From the NCBI GenBank assembly GCA_030704615.1, contig CM060733.1:41726001-41790000 (forward strand): 64,000 nt of DNA, read 5' to 3'. Made by a program: the position numbers and the translations under genes. Below, piece after piece: positions 13,361 through 26,599 of this stretch; the stretch's first letter is position 1, and every line of letters begins with the position of its first letter. The notes beneath the pieces were generated by a model. That model did no database searches, was not told where the DNA came from, and worked only from the letters and a program-made list of their open reading frames with translations. The DNA is from Takakia lepidozioides. Lineage: Eukaryota > Plantae > Bryophyta.

Positions 13361-14493
13361 TGGTGAAAAGTCACGTGTGAAGGGGCAAGTTGTGAAAGGT
13401 CATGTCCATGTTTTGCACTATGAAAGGTCACGTCCCTTGCATGTACGAGTGGTGCATAAGCATGCAGCAAAAACTGAAAATAAACCCCAAAGCAAAATCT
13501 GAAATTTGCCCAACAATGGCGGAGAGCCCAGAGTCGGAAGATGACCCAGAGCCCACAAACTTTCGCTTTAGTCCAAGACAATGTCATTTGCTCTCTGAAA
13601 GGGACGATGATACTGAAGCATCGAATGGTTCCCACTGAGGTCACCACAAATGTCTCTCATACCACTGTGAATCGCACAAAACATCATGGGTCACTGGACA
13701 CAAGGCGCTGGCTTCAATAATTGCCCCGCCGGATGACAGCCGCACTGCCTTGTTGAACGAACTCTTTGGGTGATACATGGGGGAGCAGTGCACGGTGACG
13801 GGGACCGGGCATATAAGTCCATTGCGAAGCCGCAGGGGATGGGGGGATGAGGGGGAGTAGTGATTGGGAAGGGGATCACGGGGAGCTGAGCACAACCTCG
13901 GGAAGCACCGGTGTAAGGGGGCCAGCTATGATGAGAAGGGGGATGAAGGGGATCAGGGAACCTCTGCCATTTCAGGGGAGCAGAGGCCAAAGCACTACAC
14001 AAAGAGGGGGATGATGGGAGGAGGGGAGCAGTGTGCTTGCAATGCAAAAAAGGTGGCAGGGAACGCACTAGAGACTTGTGGCAACCGTTTTTCAGTATTG
14101 GAATTCAGGACTGTTAATTTAAAGGCTAAACATAAAAGTGGGCGGTAATTTGTGTTTTGAACATCACTGCAAATGCATGCATACAGACTCAATTGCAATA
14201 AAGATCATCCACATCTCCTTCACTCCATTGTGAATCACAGAACACATGCGTCACAGAACATAGCTTCAACCATTTTGAATAATGAGAAATTGTTTGATAC
14301 CAAATGCTTCGATGAGAATGCAATCTCAGGGAAATCAGCAATCTGAATGGAGCACGAGAGCATAAACCTGCTTGCTCTCAACCCTTTCAATCTGGGACGC
14401 CCAACTTGACGAAGTGCATGCAAAATAGACGAAGATGGAGGGATTGCTGAGACTCTTTTGGATCCAAGACGTCTTGGTTTCCGTGACATAGAA

Positions 14494-15214
14494 TGTTGCG
14501 CACCTCACTTCGGTAAGCTCCCCTTCAAATCATAGTTACTCGCTTTGATGCGCGCGCCTGACTCCCAATCTGGCCGCCGGGCCAACTTGGAGCTTCGGCT
14601 ACTCACCGAGACATAACGGTCCCCCCTTCGCTTCCCACTAAACCCTCCACCTATTTGGGCCTAGTGGAATTCCCTTTGGTAGATGGCAGTCCGGAACAGC
14701 CCCCCACTCTTGGTCGCTTTCCGGCTCGCTCGCTTACTCACTAGTTTTTGGTCACCAACGGGCTTGCACCGTTCTCGGGGTCAATACTCCCCTTATATAT
14801 ACTTCTGTAGCTGTCCGCGGGGGCTTCACAAACCAGCCATGCCATTTTATGGCGAACCACCACGAAAACCCTCGACTCCCGGTGATGAGTCGCGGTGAGT
14901 CTTGGCCCACTCACCCGGCCCTATGGACCGTGATGAGTCCCAAGACTCCCCACGACCCACCACGAGGTCTCCGCCCCATGGTGAGTCCTATGCCACCCCC
15001 ACTAAGTCCCGCTAAGCTACCACCACCCTTGTGGAGCCACCCCCCACCGCAACCCGTGTGCGGGGCTCCACTTAGTGAGCGCCTCCGCCTCCTTGAGTGC
15101 CTTGGGCACTCAAGGGTGCTTCAGCCCCCCATACCTATCGGCCAGCTGCCCCCACCATAGGGGCAGCCCCTCATGTGTCCCGACCCCCTACCCTCAAGGC
15201 AAAGGGCCGCGACA
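14494..15214 (-). repeat. 3' LTR (721 bp)
   Basis: TGTTGCG...CGCGACA, a near-identical direct repeat of 20672-21395. Confidence 0.96.
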
Positions 15215-16074
15215 CACACCCCTACCAACAGGGAGTCGATGTCCTCATCGACTTGTCTATTTTGTAGAAACGAACATCCAAGTTGTGGCGTCCCACATCA
15301 AGGAGTTTGTTTCCGCACCATGGCGTCCCATGGCAAAGAACCAAAACCCCACACTTGACTCTACTCTCCATAGCTAGTTCGGCCGACTTCCTCCAAGTCC
15401 CGGCCAAGGGTGGAGCCTCTCAAGCTCCTCCCAGTGCACTCTTCTTGGCCTACTTCAAGGCCAAGGAATGATCCTCTCTGAGGATCGAATCGCCTTACTG
15501 CAACAACATTGCTTGCGATCGCTCGTGATGCCGCTTTTGGCACCACCTTGAGCAAGGGTTCACCTCGAACCCTCTTTGACTAGGAAGATAACCTTGAACC
15601 AACCGTGCGCCCCAATCACTACAATTGGGTCCGTCTTGGAATGCTGGCCTGAGGTACGGGAACACGCCGAAGCCGCACTACGACTTCGTCCCGAGGCTAC
15701 ACGATTATAGTACGTGAACGGAAGCACGTAGCTTCCGCGTTAGCCCACACTACAAAGCAACCCCCTCGGTAGCGCGCCAGGTGCGCACTAGCACGTGAAT
15801 TCCCAAATAAGGTGCAAGTTTCTTTGCCCCTTTGATGGGAGTCACCCGATTTCGGCACAGCGCAAACACACGATTAACCCAATTTACCTCTCCCACTTTT
15901 GTAAGCTAGCATGCATTCTACACACTAGCCAACCACACCATGCATCACCATTCCAAACAAAATAGAACGCACAAAATTTGGAACCCATTTCCTTTATAAC
16001 AATTTTTTGTACAATACAAGTTTTTGCAATTGGATTCCTAAGCGAGCTAAGCCGGGCTAAGCATGCATTTCCTC

Positions 16075-19000
16075 CCCCACGCTCCAAGGTTGATGTCCCC
16101 ATCAACGCTTCTTCCGCTTTTGAGGTCGCCCTTCGAAAACTACAACCGCCTCGGATGCGTTTCCCATTTCTGAGGCACGCACCCAAGATGCCTCCACATG
16201 ATGATAGCCCTTCCATTTGACGAGATACTCCGTTTCTCGGTCTTGAACCTCCTCGACTTAAGCATTGCCTCCACCTCGTACTCAGGTTCATTTTCATGAT
16301 CCAACAGCATAGGTGGCGGACGCAACACTTGATGCCGATTCGGACGCGCTTCATCTTTGAAGTAAGGCTTCAAAGGGAGACATGGAATAGGGGTGCACCT
16401 TGCTGTTTGCCGACAGCTCCAATTCATACACATCCTCATTCATAACCTTCCCGAATGCGAAAGGGTCCCGCATACGGAGGTACGAACTTCGGACTCACTT
16501 CCGGAGGTAGTCGAAAATTCTTGATGTTCAACCAGACCTCCGTGCTTGCCTCAAACTTCACTTCCCTCCACTTCCGATTTGCCTGCCTTTCATATCGTTT
16601 CCTAGCTTTGGCAATGTTGTACTTGCGAGCTTCAACAAACGCTCGCGTTCTTCCAGTACTGCCGCTACTGCCGGTTCTCAACGTCTTGGGGGCCCAACTT
16701 GTCGGCACCAGAGGTGCTTTTCCATAGACCAATACGAAAGGGGAAACTCCCGTTGCGGAGTGTTCTGTGTTATTATAACAGAACTCTGCCGCGTCTAAGT
16801 GTTCCACCCAGTCTGTTGGGCCGACACGTAATTCCGCAAGAATCTGCTTCACTACGGAATTCACTCTTTGTTGGCCGTCGGTCGTAGGTCGGAAGGCGGT
16901 GCTCATCTTAGGCCTCGTCCCATCTTCTTCCAAAGTGCCCTCCAAAATTTACTCGTAACTTTGGATCGCGGTCCGAGACAATATCCTTCGGGACTCCATG
17001 ATGCTTTAAGACGTGGGCGAAGTAAAGTCGCCCTGTCTCCTGCGCCGTTGCCGTCTCTTTGGTGGGATGAAATGGCCCATTTTACTGAACCTATCCACCA
17101 CCACCATGATTGATCGAATCCTTTTGACAGAGGCATAGCAGTCATGAAATCCATCGAGACGCTTTCCCAAGTCCCCTCTGGAATCGGCAAGGGTTGTAAC
17201 AGCCCCGCTTGCTTTTTGTACTCGCTCCGGTTTTGTTGGCTGTGGTGCATGTCTTGACATACTCCTCTGCCTCCTCCCTCAGTTTGGGCCAGAAATACTC
17301 TTTCTTCAAGAGTGCCGCAGTGCGGCTTGGCTCCGCCGTGGCCGCAAGCGGGCTATCATGGCATTCTCTCAGAGGCTATCTGATCCCTCCCTTCGGCACG
17401 TAGAGACACTTTTGGCTTATACCGGAGCAGTCCTTTTGCAAGTGGAATTGCGATTTAACCCCCATCCTCAAGTCCTGCATCACGGACTTGCCAGCTCATC
17501 CTTCCGGCAAGCCTTCCGGATCTTCCTTTGGAGCGCCGTCTCGCCCTTGTACACCAACAAGAGCTGCTGCTTTCTACTTAGAGCATCGGCCACCACAGTT
17601 GTCTGTCCCGGTTTGTACTGGATATCCACGTCGAACACCGCCAAAGTAGTATCTGCCACCTAAGTTGTTTTGGGGAGACAACTTGGGCTGCGTGGCAAAA
17701 TACTTTACCGTGACATTGTCGTGAACACCCTTCACTGGGTTGGAACCACATAGTGGCGCCAAAGCTCAAGACAGTGCACCACCGCCTTCATCTCTTTCTT
17801 GTTGCTTCGGCCACCGTCCTCCACTTCATTCATTTCTTACTTTCGTGAAGCCACTGGACGTCATCTTGCATCGTACAACCCCCCAATCGCGAAGTCCGAC
17901 GCATCGTATGTATCTCGAACGGACGATCGAACTCCGGGTTTTCAAGACTGGAGCTTCCGCCATCCGCTGCTTCAATTCAGCAAAAGCTTGGCCACAAGAG
18001 GTGTTCCATGCCCAGACTTTAGATTTACAAAGAAGGTCTGACAGCGGCCCCGCGATTTTGGCGAAATTTCTCACATACTTTCCGGTAATAGGAGGTGAGT
18101 CCTAGGAAGGATCGCCACTCCGGGACCGAAGTCGGAGGGCTTCCAGTCCAAAATTGACGTCACCTTCCTTATCATCCATCTGATCCCATCTGGTAATCAC
18201 ATGCCCCAGGAACCAACTTTTGTGACCCCGAATTATTTGCACTTGAAGCTTTGGCATACAGATTCCCTTCTCGCATTTCTGGAACAACCTTTGAGGTGCT
18301 CCAGGTGCTCCTCCTTTGTTTTCGAATACACCAAGATGTCGTCGATGTACCACGATCACCAAAAGTCATCCAACCACTCCTCGAAAAGGCTGTTCACAGC
18401 GTGCTAAAGGCTTCGCGGGTGCGTTTGGTGAGCCCAAAAGGCATCACCAAGAACTCATACGAACCATACTCGTCCTGCACGCGGTCTTTCCTCACCTCCT
18501 TCCGCCATTCGAATTTGATGATAGCCGGAGCGCAGATCGATCCGCTGAAATACTTCGCTATGCCAACCGAGCGAAAAGGTCGTCGATCCTTGGCAAAGGG
18601 TACAGGTTTTTGATAGTCACCTTATTCAGAGCCCTGTAATCGACACACATCCGCAGCGTCCCATCCTTCTTGTCTGCAAATAACACCGGGGCTCCGTAAG
18701 GTTACTTACTCGGCCGGATGTACCCCTTTGACATTAGATCCTTGAGCTGAGTCTTCAGCTCGACCAACTCTCTGTGGCTCAACCGGTAGGGCGCCTTGGC
18801 AGGCGGTTCCGATCCCGGTATCACCTCAATCTTGTGGTCAACTCCTCTTCGCGGTGGCAAGCCGCTTGGCAAATCCTCCGGCATCACATCATGGTATTTC
18901 TCCAAAATCCCCTTGATCCAATCTGGGCTCGGCTCCCATCGCCTTCTCCCTTCACTTCTCTAATGTAAGCAAAAACTGGGGCTCGTGTGCCTCCTCCACG

Positions 19001-20450
19001 GCCCACTCCCTTGCTGAAGAAGGTTTATTCGCCCTCCCCACGGGTTTGGGCGTTTCCGAACTCGTAAGACCTCGCCACCATTCCAACATGGCAGCGTGAC
19101 TACTCTCTTGCGGCCATCTATGACCGCTCCGGATTTGCTCAAAAAGGTCATCCCCAAAATGAGATCCACTCCATCGATCTGCAGACGGTGAAGTTCTCAC
19201 GTCCCTCCCAACTCCCCAGTTGAAGAGGAACATCGAACGCCAACCTCGTCGCCAATTGCGGTTCTCCTTTGGCAGAACGCACCTCAATAGAGGCCCCACG
19301 TCAGTTGTCGGGAGTCCCAGCTTTTGTGCCGTTGCCGGTGTCATGAAGGAGTGCGACGCTCCTGTGTCCACCAACAATGACACGTTAGTTCCGGATATTA
19401 TCCCATCCACGAACAATAAGTGACTCCCTTTACGCAAGCGCCAGTTTCCTGATACAACTCACAAGAATATTTGCCTACCTTGCAAGTCCTGGCGACCACC
19501 GCTTCCACCAAGCGACTGATGGTATCTTCCGACAGCTCCGTGGTTGCCCGAGTCATGTTCAATTGTCGGGCTTCGTGCACTTCTTGGCCATGTGCCCGGG
19601 CTCCCGCAATTGAAACACACTCCATCAAAGGTCGCCTTCTGTCCGCCATAAGCCGCTCCACCCGCTTTTCCTTTCGAAGCACCGGGTGCCGCCTTGACGT
19701 GTGAAGGCCCTCCCTTCGATTTCCACGTGCCATTGTCGCCGCGTGGCCTATCCCACTTCTTTTCCGGTCGGAAGGAGTCACCTTCCCGCCGGGTCTTCTT
19801 GTGGTTCAGCTCCGTACGGCCTTGTCTTTCACCCTTAGGGACATCCGAGAAACATTCAGCCCTCTCAATTGCCTCGTTCAAAGTCTTAGGTGGCTTCTCC
19901 TCCAACTTCCGCCTGGCCCATGGGGCCAGTCCCGCCACAAAGTTGAAGACCATTTCTGGTTCTGCCATGTCCGCGACTTCGAGCAAGCACATTGAAAGCC
20001 TGGACATATCCCCGAATGTCATCTGTTTGCTTCAAATTCCTCATCTTGTCCCGGGCAAGCCAGACGCGTTGAGGGGCACAACTGTCTCTTCATCAATTCC
20101 TTGAACCCACTCCAGTTCAAGGTTTCCGGGCTTGGACCTCGGTCGTGAAGGCGTTTCTGCCACCATTGTTGAGCATAGCCCCTCAAATAGGTGGGAGCCA
20201 CTTCCACCCGATCCTCGTCACTCAACTTGGCCGCCCGGAAGTACTGCTAGCTCCAGAGCCAGGTGTTGAGTGCCTTCCGATTTCGGACGCCCTCGAAGGT
20301 GCCGGGTTCCTTAGGCTTCACCTTAAACTTTGCCTTAGTGGAAGTGGCATTAGCCGCCTTCAACACGTCTTTCAACGTCCCGCCAAACTGCGCCAACAAC
20401 CCTTCCCAAAAAGGCTGCCGGCATGGGAGGCATCTGTTGGTCGTCGGAGC
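16075..20450 (-). pseudogene. gag-pol of the chromovirus, broken by many small indels
   Basis: Consecutive short minus-strand ORFs carry successive gag, PR, RT, RH, INT and chromo motifs in shifting frames. Confidence 0.92.
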
Positions 20451-20656
20451 TCTCAGGGATTCCTCGGGCTCCGACTCCTCGGATTCCTCCCGCTCTTGAG
20501 CGGCCTCGTTTTCAGCGCTTCCTCAAACGGCCGCTTCGGTGACACGTCGCCCATCGGGCTCACCAGGATCATCATCTTTTGGGCCGTTCCGCTTTCGCTT
20601 TGGCTTGCCCGCCCCATGATGAGGCCAATCCCAAGGACGATCGCGTACTGAACTCT

Positions 20657-20669
20657 AAGCTTGATACCA
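20657..20669 (-). promoter_or_regulatory. Primer-binding site, tRNA-iMet-like
   Basis: TGGTATCAAGC on the minus strand 2 nt inside the 5' LTR (canonical TGGTATCAGAGC). Confidence 0.85.
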
Positions 20670-20671
20670 AG

Positions 20672-21395
20672 TGTCGCGCACCTCACTTCGGTAAGCTCCC
20701 CTTCAAGTCATAGTTACTCGCTTTGATGCGCGCGCCTGACTCCCAACCTGGCCGCCGGGCCAACTTGGAGCTTCGGCTGCTCACCGGGACATAACGGTCC
20801 CCCCTTCGCTTCCCACTAAACCCTCCACCTATTTGGGCCTAGTGGAATTCCCTTTGGTAGATGGCAGTCCGGAACAGCTCCCCACTCTTTGGTCGCTTTC
20901 CGGCTCGCTCGCTTACTCACTAGTTTTTGGTCACCAACGGGCTTGCACCGTTCTCGGGGTACTACTCCCTTATATATACTTCTGTAGCTGTCCGCGGGGG
21001 TTTCACAACCAGCCATGCCATTTTATGGCGAACCACCACGAAAACCCTCGACTCCCGGTGATGAGTCGCGGTGAGTCTTGGCCCACTCACCACGGCCCCT
21101 ATGGACCGTGATGAGTCCCAAGACTCCCACACTCCCACCACGAGGTCTCCGCCCCCATGGTGAGTCCTATGCCCCCCCACTAAGTCCCACTAAGCTACCA
21201 CCCACCCCTTGTGGAGCCACCCCCACCGCAACCCGGTGTGCGGGGCTCCACTTAGTGAGCGCCTCCGCCTCCTTGAGTGCCTTGGGCACTCAAGGGTGCT
21301 TCAGCCCCCCATACCTATCGCTGTCGCTGCCCCCACCATAGGGGCAGCCCCTCATGTGTCCCGACCCCCTGCCCTCAAGGCAAAGGGCCGCGACA
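20672..21395 (-). repeat. 5' LTR (724 bp)
   Basis: TGTCGCG...CGCGACA followed by the TSD TAGAA. Confidence 0.96.
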
Positions 21396-22839
21396 TAGAA
21401 ACCTCTTTCCAATCCTTTCTTCTCTTCAAACTCATTCCCGATCCATCCTGAACACGTTCAAACCTTCTTACAAGATGTGGGTGGATAAGACCCGCAGCCA
21501 TGCGTGTGGTCATTTGCGCTAGCTTTCCTCTCGTGACACGAAGGTCACTCAAAAGATGGTTCTGAAGGGCCATGTTACCTTTCACACAGATTTCCAAACC
21601 TCGCATCTCCTCTGCGATGGCCTTCATGACACTTGCCTGCAATTCATGGTGGGGCTGCTGCTCCCCCAAGACATTGCCAGCCAGAACCGTGTCTGGTGCA
21701 GGGGGATCAATGCCACACTTGGGATCTGTGTCACACGGGGGCTCCGCAGCGGACAGGGGATCGAGGTCGAGCAGCTTGGCCATGCCCCCATTGAGTGTCC
21801 CAAGTCGTGTCCCAAGTCGTGTTCAAGTTCGGACAATTAAACCCTTTGGTACATGTGGCCGCAACATCTTGAACACCTTCAGTACTTGGTGCTTGCATAG
21901 GTTCCCTTCCATGGCGTTACGGCAGTCACAACAAGCCCACTCGGATGCTGGATTGCATACAGTGTATACAGTGCCTGGAGAAGACATCACTAGAAGCATT
22001 CATGTCTTTTCCGAATCGACTGCATGTCCAAAACCACTGAGGGAACAACTTTGAGATGTTTGTTATACTGCACAGTCGTAACGGATAAATTCGCATTTCT
22101 AATGGCGGATAGAAGTTGCATCAATGACTCTGCAGTCGGCGCAATATTCGCGGCGATTTAATTCAATTACGTAAATTGTTTTTTTTTTAAAAACAGCAAT
22201 TACAAGTGGTTTTAAGCACTAGAGAACGACTCTTAACAACTAGGCATTCATTGCACACCCTATTCAAAAATGGAATTTTTATAAGTGCTCCACATGGCTC
22301 ATGACGTGGAATATTTTAATGTATTTTAGGGCTTGTGTGGCTCGTAGAGATTGTTCTAATCGTCAGATGTAAAATGATCTAAGGGTGGAAGAATAACTTT
22401 ATCCTTTGCCTGAATTTGTCTAAGTGTTGGGAGAGGGATGGAGGCTTGAGAGAGAGACGAGCAAGTGATGCGAGAAGGACGAAGACCAAATTGAGGCCCA
22501 TGTCCTGTTGTTGCAAGCGTTTATGGCGTCAAGGGCGCATTCTGTGCAAATGTGGGCTCTGGCTCCCCTTTGTACCATGATTTGGTATTCTTCTTGATGA
22601 TCACAAGGTTCTTGGGGGAATCAGCTTGGTCTTAGCAGCCCATATTTTAATCTCTGCCCGCTCAGCTGCACCGTGGTGGTTCTTACGAACCAATCCCACA
22701 TTACCTGACTACAGATACAAGCAGCACGCACAAGAGGTCTTCTTGGGTTCATGGTCAGTCTAATCCGCAATGGGTCATGACACAAGGTAGAGGACAATGT
22801 GGTGAGGGCACCTTCTTCTTCGAGCTATTTCAGCCTGTT

Positions 22840-23700
22840 TTGCCGAGATGTAGTGTCGTGGAGTGCGATGCTTGTAGGGTATGCACAACAGGGACGTGGG
22901 ATGGAGGCTTTGGAGACCTATGAAGTTGCGAAGGGAGAGTTTAATAACATGGCTGAACGAGATGTTGTCTCAAGGAACACGCTGAATCTCGCAAGATATG
23001 GCCAGCATGTGTGCGGGATGAGGCATTGGAGACATATGAGCAAATGTTGTGAGAAGGGGTGCAGCCTGACCGGGTCACGTTCATTTGTGTTTGCAATGCA
23101 TGTGCAAACCTGGCAGCCCTGGAGACTTGGTAAAGGGCAAAGAGGTCCATCGTGACATCGTCAAAGCTGGAACTGTACCAGATGTAACAATACCTCGTCG
23201 ACATGTATGCCAAACGTGGGAGCATTCCCTTGTGGACAAGGAGTGTTCAACAATATGGCTGAGCGAAATGTGGTGTGGTGGAACGAGATGATCGCAGGGC
23301 GGGGATTGCGGGTTTTGGAGACCTATGAGCAAATGATGTGGGTCTAGGGGGTGAAGCCCGAGCACATTACGTTTGTTTGTGTTTGTAGTGCATGTACGAG
23401 CCTGTTGGAGAAGGGCAAAGAGGTCCATGGTTGCATCGTCAAAGCTGAAATTGTGGTAGATGCCATTCTAAACATGAATACCCTTCTGGATAGGGAGTGT
23501 TCAACAATATGGCTGAGCAAAATGTGGTGTCGTGGAAAGTGATGATCGCAGGACATGCACAACAGGGGCGGGGATTGCAGGTTTTGGAGACCTATGAGCA
23601 GTTGATGTGGGAGGGGTGAAGTCCGACCACATTACGTTCAGAGAGTTCAAATGCCTCTCCACCATGACCTTGCTTAGCTAACCATGCCTTGCTGATGTTG
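22840..23700 (+). pseudogene. Degraded PLS-class PPR repeats
   Basis: RDVVSWSAMLVGYAQQGRGMEALETYE and GVKPEHITFVCVCSACTSLLEKGKEVHGCIVKA, with many frameshifts; an inverted PPR snippet (AKQGHGGEAFEL) lies near 23645-23690. Confidence 0.88.
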
Positions 23701-25821
23701 TGTCTTGCACTTGAGCTGTTTTGGACACTGGCTGGAACATCCACAAGGCGGTTCTGCTTGAGAGAGGAATCAGCTTGAATGCAGGGGCAGATTTTGAGAT
23801 CACAATCACCACTCAGAACGCTGTTCTTTGCATTGGCATGGCATGTCAGCATGCATATCAGCCCAAAATCATTACTCCGTGAGCCTTCCACTGCCGGAGT
23901 GTGCCCATTCAAGCCAGATCTTCGAAACGCATGGATGGAACGGGGTTTTGAAACCAACATTGCCCAACTGGATACCTAACTCAGCTCCGCATCTTGATCC
24001 ATTAATCTGCTGCACATTGTGAAGTTTTTTGCCCGTTCACCGCAAGTTGAAGAAGGAGTATTCTTAAAACACGGGTACTCATAATCTGAAAATGGCTCCA
24101 GCTTATGTTGCTTGAGTGCGAATATGAGTGTGGTTGGCTTGGCAGCTTTACATCTGGTCCATCCCACTCGATATGATGAGCAGGTTCAGCTTGACTTCTC
24201 TCACACAAAAGACGCTGCCAAGATGGGGTTTGCTGCCCTAGATGACTTCCCGTCGTTGTTCTGGGCTACAACATACAATTAATCTGGCCCATGGCAAGGG
24301 GCCTTGCCTTCCACCAATCATCTATAAGTCCTGTGAAACTATTTTTGTGGCAGTTTGTAAGCAGTGGGCAGCGATGGTGGGCTGTTGTAGGATTTGATGA
24401 ACTCAATGTCGTGTACTGACAGCAACCCCTTATCTCTTATGCAAGCATTCAACAAGCCAAGTTGACTGCAGAGCATATTCAGCCGGCCCCACATTTCCAG
24501 TTGCCTAATGTTCTTCATCTCCTGGGCAGAGCATTTTCCAGGGTCTCCCTCTGTGATGACACACTATCTTCTCATGGGTTCAGCTTCTGGTCTTGCTCTT
24601 GTTTGCACCACCCCAAGGAAGGGCAGTTCCCACCTGCTTGATTCTCTCCATATGGTTGTCTTGGCAGGGTTTCCCACAACCGCCTTTCCTTTTCAGACTG
24701 CCAGTCATCAGCCTCGTTCTCCAATGCTTCACTTTCTTCCCAAGTGAAGTGCTCTCCTCTTTTATGCTTCAACGTCCCTATAGGTGTCTTTTCCTTCATC
24801 TCCCGTGGTGCTTTCGAATGAATGAGCACTGATTTGCATCTGTTGGCAACACTTACGGTGTCCCTTTCCTTTCAGGCCACTGCAGGCCCGTCATTGACTT
24901 TCTTGGCAGGGAAGTTGCCTCCTTCTCCCTCATTTTCTGGCTCTGTTGGTGCCCCACTCACCATGCTATCAGGGCTGCATTTATTTCGTGGTGTTGCGCC
25001 AGCCAAGGGCGATCTTTCACTGGTCCGATTGTTGGCAGCAGCTGATTGGAGTCTTCTTGGCAGAGTCTCCCACGAGCTCCCATCAGTTTCAGGCATCAGG
25101 TTTTCTACCTTGCCCTTCCACTTTTCATAAGCGAGGTGCCTGTCTTCCTCCCTTTCACTCTTCAGCCTCTCAGGCAGATTTTTCTTCATGTGATTGCTGC
25201 TCCCATACTTCCAGTCCTTGTTTAATTTTCTCCAGCCATCACCCTCAGATTTGACAAGGTATTGCTGCCCTTCCTTGTGTCTTTCCTCACTCCCAGCTGC
25301 TGGTTTTATCCCAGATTCACCTCTCATCCTTGCCTGGGGTTTTGCTTGCCAAACAGCCTTTGTGTGGGGAACTTCAACGAAAGGCAACATCTCATTCTCA
25401 GCACCTGTCTTTGTACCTCTTTGCAGCAGTCCAGCCTCGGGTGCCTCACTTTCTGATTGCTGGGTTGCATTCTTCGACCGCCAACCTTTGACAGGAAAGT
25501 GTGCTCCATCTTCCTCATCTTCTACTGGTTCCCTTGATGCTTCACCTCGTATGTCTTCCTCCTCATGTTTTAGCAGCAGCTCCCATGCCTGAATTGTTTT
25601 TTTTTTTTTTTTTTTTAACACCAAAACGTTTTTGCCATTACAACCTGTTCCCAGGTTATCTACGGGTTCCCGAGGCCATTCCCCTCCAGGCTTCTCCAGG
25701 CACCAAGAGCTCATTAACTCCAAAACTCGACCTCAGTTGGGTATCACACCCTGGAGGCGATTTGCTTTTCTCTGCGCGTGGGCCTGCCTCCTCGAGCTTT
25801 CAGGACGGCAAGGCAGCAGCC

Positions 25822-25932
25822 ATGTTTACGGCACGCAGGAAGATTCAGAAGGAGAAGGGGCTTGAGCTTGATGAGTTTGAAGAGGCTGTAGCCCAGGCCT
25901 TATTCGACCTAGAGACTACAAACCAGGAATTG
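25822..25932 (+). pseudogene. RPS7: 5' fragment of 40S ribosomal protein S7 (eS7)
   Basis: [37 protein letters not shown] matches the plant eS7 N-terminus, then similarity stops. Confidence 0.88.
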
Positions 25933-26181
25933 GGGCGATTTCAAGAGCAGATGCACTGCGCAGCACCTTCATGGCTTATGGACAGGCGACCTGCTGTAAT
26001 GTGGCCGTCTTTGCATGGAATCCAAGGCAAGACCAGCTTGAAGTTCCATAAACTTGGTCTAATTCACATCTCTCGCCAGCAATTATTGTTGGCTTAGAAT
26101 GGTTTCCGCCTTCCTGTTACTGCTCGTGTTTCTGCCCTGTTGTTGTTGTGCATCGATAGCTTCGGCATCTCTCGGGAATCC

Positions 26182-26526
26182 ATGGCGCATGCATTGCTTG
26201 TGAAGCCTTTGGTTCTGGTTAGTCCCGGCAATTGCAGCTCAATTCAGCACCAGCTCCGACAAACCGCCTTCTTGCCTCTCCCTCTGAGATCTGCAAGGAC
26301 GAAATGTGTCGCTTCCAAACCATCAGCAAGCTTGACTTCTGAAGGATTCTGGACTCCTTCATCCAGGGACAGTCACCAAGTCTGGTCCACGAGGAGTGAT
26401 CTGGAGTTACCCACCTCAGCTTATGCTTATGAGGGGCCAATTGCTCAGGGAGGGCAGGGCCCATCACCCATGTTGGCTGAGCGATTCCAAAGCGTGATCA
26501 CTCAGCTTTTTCAACAACGAATCATT
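26182..26526 (+). pseudogene. CLPP5: 5' fragment of plastid Clp protease subunit ClpP5 (transit peptide plus N-terminus)
   Basis: Ser/Ala/Arg-rich leader followed by VWSTRSDLELP...GQGPSPMLAERFQSVITQLFQQRII; no catalytic region. Confidence 0.85.
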
Positions 26527-26599
26527 CCACCTTGGCTGGCCGATACTGCCCGTTCCAGCTGGAGTCGGCATTTTGTGTCTTCACAAAACCAAACAAAAC

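Larger units (their letters stand above)
14494..21395 (-). mobile_element. Full-length Ty3/gypsy chromovirus LTR retrotransposon with a frameshifted gag-pol
   Basis: Two LTRs with TG...CA ends; TSD TAGAA at 14489-14493 and 21396-21400; gag, CFNCGSPG knuckle, protease DTGASHSF, RT, RNase H, integrase (WESVSMDF, PYAGPF) and chromodomain (EYEVEAMLKSR). Confidence 0.97.
14235..22050 (-). pseudogene. C-terminal part of a SWIM zinc-finger (MULE-like transposase) gene, split by the LTR retrotransposon
   Basis: Minus strand ~21975-21886 reads YTVCNPASEWACCDCRNAMEGNLCKHQ (CxC-x7-CxH). ORF 21783-21396 joins ORF 14489-14235 in frame (KEVS-M-SRKPRR) once the element and one TSD copy are removed. Confidence 0.7.

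Noticed and set aside
24872-25723. 283-aa charged minus-strand ORF
   Set aside because: No recognisable domain and it runs through a poly-A tract; cannot be assigned.
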